Part shown: in pieces, positions 25,914 through 32,000 of the stretch
Position numbering within the stretch: position 1 is the stretch's first letter
Layout: each line of letters opens with the position of its first letter
From: Candidatus Electrothrix sp. GW3-4
GTDB taxonomy: Bacteria; Desulfobacterota; Desulfobulbia; Desulfobulbales; Desulfobulbaceae
Direction: 5' to 3'
Assembly (NCBI RefSeq): GCF_037902255.1
Contig: NZ_CP147990.1
Span: forward strand, 4,440,001 to 4,472,000
DNA length: 32,000 nt
The notes under the pieces: generated by a model
What the model saw: only the letters and a program-made list of their open reading frames with translations
Databases searched by the model: none
What the model was told of the DNA's origin: nothing
Translations under genes and position numbers: made by a program

Positions 25914-27224
25914 TTAAATTGATTTCAGCACACTTTTAAAACTACTTTCCAATAATTGTATATTTTTTTCGTATGAAAGTTCTGGAAGTTGATAACGGTA
26001 AGAATTTATGACTGATCCTTGAAATAATTTGTTTGATAAAAGGCTAACACTTTGCCTAAATTTATCCTGATTAGGTATAAATTCTTTAACTTTCTTGTAC
26101 ACATTTTTTTCTTCTTTAAAGGCACCATATATTTGGGACCACCATGGACTACCAAAATATATAACAGGTTTACCAATCTTCAATGTTTCCCAGCCAGCTG
26201 TTCCGGTAACAGTTGCTGTGCATATAGATTTATGAATTAGATCCACAGAATCTTCTTTTATATCTGCATGATAGACATTTTTAATTTTTCTTATTGAACT
26301 ATAAAAACCAAATCCACGACCGTTAACCCATTGCTTAGGATTTTCCTTTATAACAATAGGGACTTCTTTTGGAAGAATAGTCCTTAATTGATAAACCATA
26401 AAAAGTTGATTATAGTATTTACCCCCAAGTGCAGACGTGGTCATCTCTGGCTGCAAATGTAAAGGCACATATACAAAATCGGCAGGCATTTCTTCAACCG
26501 TCAACGTACTATTTTTTCTTTCCTTTTTAAATTCAAAAAAAAGTCCAATATCATTTATTAAACTTTTAAAAGGTTTAAAATAATAGGGTTTTCTAAGTAT
26601 CAATCCTTTGTAAATTGAAATGAATACATTAAATGCGTAACGATAATAAATATTTTCTTCTATCTTAATATTCTTCATATAGAACCAGTCTGATTTATTA
26701 TCATTATATATCAACCAATCATTTGGCAAATTATATTTTTTATCTGAGGAAATATAATACCTTGAATCACCTAATTCTGACATAGCAAAAAAAGCGTTAA
26801 ACAATGGGCTTTGCCGACATATAATTGTTTTTACTCCATGAATTTTTGAAAGTGAATAAATCACAACTTCCCAAGCTGTATGGGGTGGATCTTGAAAAAT
26901 AACTATTTTAATGTTATTTTTTTTAAGATAAGTGAATGCATGTATAAATACCTTATAAAAATGAACATCTATTGAATCCAAGTCCCATCCAGAATAAATT
27001 GAAAATCGGGATATTGTTTTGATGAAAAAATGATAAGACGATAATAACTCTTTTTCAGATATATCAACATACTTATTTGCTGTCCAATCTTCAGGCCATT
27101 TTGCCTTAAAAATAAAACTCTTTCTTTTTTTAAAAGGTATCCTGATAGCATTAGGTCCAAAGACAAACTTCATGTCTTCCTCTTTAACAACACCATAAAA
27201 ACCAATAATTAAAATATTTTTCAT
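25914..27224 (-). CDS. Putative GT-B glycosyltransferase resembling the KpsS/KpsC/LpsZ capsule-synthesis family. Candidate nonulosonate (pseudaminyl) transferase.
   Basis: 436 aa, extremely AT-rich. By-eye resemblance to the Capsule_synth pattern (...IK.HP... then ...T.T.T/SAG.EAL..GKPV...G). It lies close to the pse operon. The family call needs an HMM search. Confidence 0.45.
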   Translation of the reverse strand: MKNILIIGFYGVVKEEDMKFVFGPNAIRIPFKKRKSFIFKAKWPEDWTANKYVDISEKELLSSYHFFIKTISRFSIYSGWDLDSIDVHFYKVFIHAFTYLKKNNIKIVIFQDPPHTAWEVVIYSLSKIHGVKTIICRQSPLFNAFFAMSELGDSRYYISSDKKYNLPNDWLIYNDNKSDWFYMKNIKIEENIYYRYAFNVFISIYKGLILRKPYYFKPFKSLINDIGLFFEFKKERKNSTLTVEEMPADFVYVPLHLQPEMTTSALGGKYYNQLFMVYQLRTILPKEVPIVIKENPKQWVNGRGFGFYSSIRKIKNVYHADIKEDSVDLIHKSICTATVTGTAGWETLKIGKPVIYFGSPWWSQIYGAFKEEKNVYKKVKEFIPNQDKFRQSVSLLSNKLFQGSVINSYRYQLPELSYEKNIQLLESSFKSVLKSI

Positions 27225-27414
27225 CGTATATCCTAAGCAAATAATCGTAACTCTGTCTCAGACATATGCCTGAAGCCGCTGTGGCAGCTGATGAGTTTTT
27301 TATAAGTGCGGCTTATTTTTATATTTTCTTTACAAATTTTGTCGTAAATTCGCCATCTGTTTAAAAAACGATTCCTTTTTGGGCCATGAATATGCTAGCG
27401 CGGCCTTCTGGAAA

Positions 27415-28503
27415 TTATTCTTGGTGTTTCTTTCCGCAAACATGACCTTGCGCCTTCTTTTTCTGATGCTTTTTCCAATTCTTGATCCTTCCGAGATAAG
27501 AGTTGGCAATGCCACCGAACTTTCCCAGCCGATACATAAACCTGCGCCTTTTTCCAAGCCAATCTAATTCCCCCCCAAGGCTGTCTGCCAGTTCACCGCA
27601 GCATTTTGCCAGATCCGGCCACCCGCTGGCGGCAGAGCGAAAACCAAGGGCGTAAAGGCGGGAGGCAAATTCCTCTTTGGCCTGCTGGGAAACATCGGTT
27701 CTGGTGCGGACAACCTCACAGAGGGCAGCCTCTGCCATAATCCGAAAAGTTCTTCCCTGATATGTGCGTAAATTGTCACTGACCCGCATGCCGCCACCCC
27801 GACGGGCAGAAGCCAAAATTTCACGCAATGCCACACATTTTTTTGCTTTGCCGATAGCCCGGACCACATATTCATAGTCTTCAAAGCAGGTCATTTCTTC
27901 ATTCCAGGGGCCGGTAGCGACAGCTAAAGAACGCTTGAACGCAGATCGCAGGGTATTTGGCCACAGTCTGCCTTTTAATGCCACTTCCAGTTGATCTTGA
28001 TCCGGCTTGCCATAGTGTGTTTCAATTACTTCCCCACAGTCAGCACAGAACCCGTCAAACCCGGTGTGAATAAAATCGACGTCTGGATCCTGCTGAAAAA
28101 TTCCAGCCAAAATCTCGAGCCGTTCGGGAGGAATCAGGTCGTCTGAGTCCAAAAACTGGATGAACTCACCGCTGGATTCAGCCAGCCCCCGGTTGCGGGC
28201 AGCAGAAGGCCCGGCGTTATTTTGATAAACATATTTGATGAGAAGGCTGTTTTCTTCCTCATGGGATAATTTCCATGCATCCACCAAAGAAGCTGTTTCA
28301 TCCGTGGAGCCGTCATCTACAATAATGATTTCAATAGGGCGATAAGACTGGGCAAAAACCGAGTCAAGGGTCTGGTTGATCACATTGACCCGGTTGTATG
28401 TGGGCATGATAATGGAAAAAAGTTCAGATGCCCCTGCATTTCCGGCGAAATTTTGGATCCTCTCGTTACTTGTCTGCAAAATATTTCTATTCATTGGCTT
28501 CAC
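27415..28503 (-). CDS. Family 2 glycosyltransferase (GT-A fold)
   Basis: 362 aa. FSIIMPTYNRVNVINQTLDSVFAQSYRPIEIIIVDDGSTDET ... FLDSDD (the DxD motif). It has a Lys-rich C-terminal tail. Confidence 0.85.
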   Translation of the reverse strand: MKPMNRNILQTSNERIQNFAGNAGASELFSIIMPTYNRVNVINQTLDSVFAQSYRPIEIIIVDDGSTDETASLVDAWKLSHEEENSLLIKYVYQNNAGPSAARNRGLAESSGEFIQFLDSDDLIPPERLEILAGIFQQDPDVDFIHTGFDGFCADCGEVIETHYGKPDQDQLEVALKGRLWPNTLRSAFKRSLAVATGPWNEEMTCFEDYEYVVRAIGKAKKCVALREILASARRGGGMRVSDNLRTYQGRTFRIMAEAALCEVVRTRTDVSQQAKEEFASRLYALGFRSAASGWPDLAKCCGELADSLGGELDWLGKRRRFMYRLGKFGGIANSYLGRIKNWKKHQKKKAQGHVCGKKHQE

Positions 28504-29248
28504 TATTTATCTGAATATTGCCAAACTTCTGTTTTAAGGGCTTTAGAAATTGCTTGATGTGGTAATATAGAAAAATTCGGGGGTACAGCTTTCTTATCTT
28601 CTTTTTTTCAGAATATAGCGCTGCCCGGTTTTGTCGGGATATGCCACTGCTATCAAATTCAACAACTGGCTGGTGGACTTTGCAAAAATGCTCTCCTGCT
28701 TTTACCATATCAATTAATAATTTATAATCAGCACATATTCGTAAGGTTTTATCATAAGGGTGGTTGCGATGAGCCGAAGTTTGGAAGAAAACCGCCTGGT
28801 GGCAAATCATATTGGTGGAAAGAATATATTGATCGATTTTTGAAGGCAGATGACTTTTTTTCCCATCCTTTATAATATCCCCATATACATGTGAAGGTCT
28901 GGCACAAGAAACAAAAGCTGAAACCATGTTTTCGATTACATTGGGGCCACAATAAACATCGCCTGCATTTAAAAAATGGATCAATCTGCTTTCTTGATCG
29001 GCAAGCCTCAATCCTTTATTCATTGCATCGTAAATGCCATCATCTTCTTCGCTTATGAAACGGGAAATGCCATTGGAAAATTCTGTGATTATATTGATTG
29101 TCCCATCATTTGAACTGCCGTCAATCACTATATATTCGATATTGCCATAGCTTTGTGAACCCACGCTGGAAAGCGTGGGTTTTATTAATGCTTCGGCGTT
29201 TCGGGTGACTGTCACAACAGTGACAAGTGGCAGGCTGTTTCGCTTCAT
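28487..29248 (-). CDS. Family 2 glycosyltransferase (GT-A fold)
   Basis: 253 aa. VTVVTVTRNAEALIKPTLSSVGSQSYGNIEYIVIDGSSNDGT ... FLNAGD. It has a 17-nt overlap with the downstream GT2. Confidence 0.85.
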   Translation of the reverse strand: MKRNSLPLVTVVTVTRNAEALIKPTLSSVGSQSYGNIEYIVIDGSSNDGTINIITEFSNGISRFISEEDDGIYDAMNKGLRLADQESRLIHFLNAGDVYCGPNVIENMVSAFVSCARPSHVYGDIIKDGKKSHLPSKIDQYILSTNMICHQAVFFQTSAHRNHPYDKTLRICADYKLLIDMVKAGEHFCKVHQPVVEFDSSGISRQNRAALYSEKKKIRKLYPRIFLYYHIKQFLKPLKQKFGNIQINSEANE

Positions 29249-29249
29249 T

Positions 29250-29792
29250 TTATGTCAGCTCAGTACTTATCACGCTAATATCATCGGACAACGTTTCAAA
29301 ACGCCCTATATAATCAACTAGCAATCGCCTATTCTTTTTACCATCAGCTAAATAGTCCATTTGAAGTGGGGGAGCATTATTTATATGCCATTTTAAAAAT
29401 GAATTAAATTCCATTTTTATAACAGCCTGATGGTGAAGGTGATTTTTGGATTGAAGAAGATAAAAATAAAGGCTTACAAGTAAATCAAATGGATTCTTTA
29501 CAAAAACAAATTTAAAATATGAATGAAATTTGTTATCTCCAAACTTTTGCTTAACCTCATAGGCTGTTGAATGCTTATGATAACCTGTGAATTGTTTCAT
29601 CCCATCATTGTGCCAATTCATCATGTTAACAATTTTCCATAAAATCCGCCTCGAAATTTTATAATCATAAGCCAGTCTATCAATATTTCGGCAATAGGGT
29701 AGCAATTCCCCCCCTGACCGAACTTCCAGCCGTTTTAGGTATATGGATAAAATGAATTTTATTTCGTGAGATATCAGTATGTTACATATCAC
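29250..29792 (-). CDS. Sulfotransferase-like protein (Sulfotransfer_2-type C-terminal region), possibly 5'-truncated or a pseudogene
   Basis: 180-aa ORF with a GTG start. FKFVFVKNPFDLLVSLY resembles the f.fVRNP.dRlvS 3'-phosphate-binding motif but lacks both arginines. No N-terminal HIPKtgGTS-type PAPS loop is present. A 356-nt ORF-free stretch lies upstream. Confidence 0.35.
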   Translation of the reverse strand: MICNILISHEIKFILSIYLKRLEVRSGGELLPYCRNIDRLAYDYKISRRILWKIVNMMNWHNDGMKQFTGYHKHSTAYEVKQKFGDNKFHSYFKFVFVKNPFDLLVSLYFYLLQSKNHLHHQAVIKMEFNSFLKWHINNAPPLQMDYLADGKKNRRLLVDYIGRFETLSDDISVISTELT

Positions 29793-30148
29793 CTTTGTAA
29801 CTTTTCAATAACTGCTGGTAACTCAATATTTAAACGATCAATCAGCTAATTAGAGGATCGGTGAAAACGACCTTTTAAGCTCCCAAAATGCTATTTCGGA
29901 AGCGGTCGAGATTTACAAGCAAAGTAATTTCAATGCATTAACTTTTTGAAGACTTTTTGGAATAGTGATTTTTGAACATTTTAACAGTCTTGCAACTAGC
30001 TATAAGTGCGACAGAAACAAAGCTTACCAACACTTATTGAGAAGTTACTCACCTTTATCTTCCAATATTCTTAATATGTTCGTAGCATTGCGCAACAAAC
30101 ACTCCACAACGTATTCGCAAGTCAATGACGATATTTAATGTGTAACTG

Positions 30149-31081
30149 TTAGTAACGACACCATAACTTAGTTAACCTTCTCCTCAATGCTAAACATACA
30201 GAATACACAAAGCTAGCAAAATTACTCGGCAACATGAGAACAATAAACGTCATAAAATTGAACACATTATGTCTGAAAAGCCATTTTGCATGTATCTTCG
30301 TACGGCACGCCTCCTTATTGAGCAAAAAACCTTTAATAAGACGCATACGCACATCGATTCCCAATCCAAATTTATCATAAACCTGGATATTCCGTTCTAA
30401 AAGGGTTAAATTATCAACTGCTTGCTTTCTGCTTAGAGCGTTTCGTCCAGATTCACTACGATTCCACCTGTAGATAATTCGATTTACATACACCCCCTGA
30501 ATTTCTTTGCCGAACACCCGTGTCCAGAAATCTACATCCTCCCTCTGACTAATAACAAGTCCTTCGTCATAACCGCCCACTTGTTTCCACGTAGATTTCC
30601 TGCATGGTGACATACCAAGCATTATCCATTCCGACAAACAAGCCCGATAATTCATCTGTCTATTGTCGTTGCAGACAACCGAGCAATTGACATGTTCGTA
30701 CTTACCGTTATCATGAATTATTTCATAGTCACCGAATAGATACCCGACCCCATCATTTTGGGCAAAAGCTGACTTGACTTCAAAAACTGTTTCAGTAGGC
30801 AATTCATCGTCACCATCCAACGGGATACAAATCTCGCCCACCATAGCCTGATACCCTGCATTACGAGCTGCAGCAGGTCCAAGGTTTTCAGGCAGCCATA
30901 TAACCCGAACACCTTCTTGGGCCTCAAAATTCTTACAGATTTCAACGGTCTCATAGTGCTCTGAATAGTCCTTAACAATGAGAGTTTCAAAATCCTGATC
31001 AGTTTGGGAAGCCAAGCTCTCCATGGCTCGTTTAAGCTTAGCTCCCTCATTGAAACAGGTGATGATTACAGTAACTTTCAT
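30149..31081 (-). CDS. Family 2 glycosyltransferase (GT-A fold) with a C-terminal hydrophobic helix
   Basis: MKVTVIITCFNEGAKLKRAMESLASQTDQDFETLIVKDYS ... PLDGDDE (the DxD motif). I place the start at the ATG at 31081. The TTG at 31102 used by the ORF track lies inside the repeat element. Confidence 0.85.
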   Translation of the reverse strand: MKVTVIITCFNEGAKLKRAMESLASQTDQDFETLIVKDYSEHYETVEICKNFEAQEGVRVIWLPENLGPAAARNAGYQAMVGEICIPLDGDDELPTETVFEVKSAFAQNDGVGYLFGDYEIIHDNGKYEHVNCSVVCNDNRQMNYRACLSEWIMLGMSPCRKSTWKQVGGYDEGLVISQREDVDFWTRVFGKEIQGVYVNRIIYRWNRSESGRNALSRKQAVDNLTLLERNIQVYDKFGLGIDVRMRLIKGFLLNKEACRTKIHAKWLFRHNVFNFMTFIVLMLPSNFASFVYSVCLALRRRLTKLWCRY

Positions 31082-31082
31082 A

Positions 31083-32000
31083 TTTAGTGCCTTACCCCTC
31101 AACTCCTGCTATAAAAAACAAGAAAATCAAGCGGCGATTTTTAAAAGATTTTCAATGGATGCCGCTAACAACGCATTCAGGGCATTGGTCAACCGCATCC
31201 CCCTGGTGGTCACCTGATATCTATTCTGCCGGGGAAGTTTTCGGATAATTCCGTGACTTCTCAACAGTCGAAGGTGACGACTTATTTTGGCTGATAACTG
31301 TTTGTCCGTGCGACTGGAGCCAAAAGGAGTACTCGACAACCGCTCCCGAAGCATTTTGTTGGTTAGACCGGAAACCATGTATGCGGGATCGGACAAAGCA
31401 AGAAGTAGCTCCTGGTCCTTACCGACCGGATCAAGGCCACGAAAACGACGACCGTTTTTCGTTATATGAACAGTCAAATCGTCAAGAAACGAACGAATCG
31501 GAGTCTTCTCCTCCAGCGTCGCAAGATCCTCCATAAAGCGATTGTTGACATCCTGAGAAACCGATGCCCGCAACGGTATATCCATTACGCCTTTGCGCAT
31601 GGGCAATCGTTGCTTCGGTTCGTTTTCATCCTGACCCTGTTTGTGGCGAAATACTTTAAATTTTCTGGGATCATTGATGGTTGTTTCCACTCGGACATTA
31701 TTCTGCTCATTGTACAATTTAACAGAATTCTTATCATTCCAGTGGCGAATACACATACCGTCGTTGAAATCCGTGAGGCGAGTCATAACAGTATCATGAG
31801 AACGGCCATCAGGGCGACCGGCTTTGGTCAGAGGTCGATCAAGATAACGCAGGACGCGAGTGCTTGTCCCGATTATATGGGCGTGCCGCAACAAAGTATC
31901 CATACGATCTTTTATGGAATCGGGGTTGTAGAAAATAAGATCCGTGGCCCATTCGCTCTGCCATAAGGTCCAATAATACGAAAAATGTGGTCCGAGAATA
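31083..32000 (-). mobile_element. Unclassified repeat element, copy 2 (uninterrupted, runs off the window)
   Basis: The reverse complement matches copy 1 (7780-8539 plus 9884-10038) with only a few substitutions. It shows the empty IS3 target site. The end is defined by divergence from copy 1 after ...GGCACTAAA. Confidence 0.8.
31127..32000 (-). CDS. Large ORF of the unclassified element (C-terminal ~290 aa visible, 5' end outside the window)
   Basis: The frame is open from 32000 to the stop at 31127 (checked: ...ILGPHFSYYWTLWQSEWATDLIFYNPDSIKDRMDTLL...). The C-terminal ISRHLRLLRSHGIIRKLPRQNRYQVTTRGMRL looks like a winged-helix DNA-binding segment. Confidence 0.8.
   Translation of the reverse strand, partial: ILGPHFSYYWTLWQSEWATDLIFYNPDSIKDRMDTLLRHAHIIGTSTRVLRYLDRPLTKAGRPDGRSHDTVMTRLTDFNDGMCIRHWNDKNSVKLYNEQNNVRVETTINDPRKFKVFRHKQGQDENEPKQRLPMRKGVMDIPLRASVSQDVNNRFMEDLATLEEKTPIRSFLDDLTVHITKNGRRFRGLDPVGKDQELLLALSDPAYMVSGLTNKMLRERLSSTPFGSSRTDKQLSAKISRHLRLLRSHGIIRKLPRQNRYQVTTRGMRLTNALNALLAASIENLLKIAA

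Noticed and set aside
27273-27325. A hairpin, AAGCCGC (28-nt loop) GCGGCTT, followed by a T-rich run, considered as a rho-independent terminator.
   Set aside because: The T-run follows the stem only on the plus strand, where no gene ends. The loop is far too long for an intrinsic terminator. On the minus strand no U-tract follows.
31082-31102. The TTG start at 31102 for the GT2 gene, and the TTG start at 23480 for the KpsS-like fragment, as given in the ORF track.
   Set aside because: Both extensions consist of mobile-element sequence. They are shared with the other copy of the respective element, where no such gene follows. The ATG at 31081 gives a canonical GT2 N-terminus. The 23480 start is an artefact of the IS junction.

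Overview
This window is a surface-glycan biosynthesis island built around a nonulosonic (pseudaminic-type) acid operon. It is heavily colonised by insertion sequences. All biosynthetic genes lie on the minus strand.

Gene content, left to right:
- A tandemly duplicated module of a GT1-family glycosyltransferase plus a SAM methyltransferase (54-1837 and 3777-4998). The second copy is truncated.
- A tightly coupled nine-gene operon at 10183-18367: pseB, pseC, aldo/keto reductase, Gfo/Idh/MocA oxidoreductase, SDR, pseF, pseG, pseH, pseI.
- Two very AT-rich paralogs resembling the KpsS/capsule-synthesis family (22641-27224). One of them is split by an IS.
- Three GT2 glycosyltransferases and a degenerate sulfotransferase-like ORF (27415-31081).

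Mobile DNA makes up roughly 40% of the window. I can define most ends and target-site duplications (TSDs) directly from the sequence:
- IS5-family: one full copy and one 5' remnant.
- IS630.
- ISL3 carrying a nested IS200.
- IS3, nested in another element.
- An IS4/IS5-superfamily element carrying a nested IS4/IS701-like element.
- A decayed transposase remnant.

The most unusual item is an unclassified repeat element of about 1.76 kb. It encodes a single protein of roughly 520-536 aa in which I cannot recognise a transposase motif. Two near-identical inverted copies (about 6930-10038, and 31083 to the window end) bracket the whole 21-kb pse/glycosyltransferase block. One copy ends 1 nt upstream of a GT2 start codon.

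All family assignments come from by-eye motif recognition. No database search was possible.
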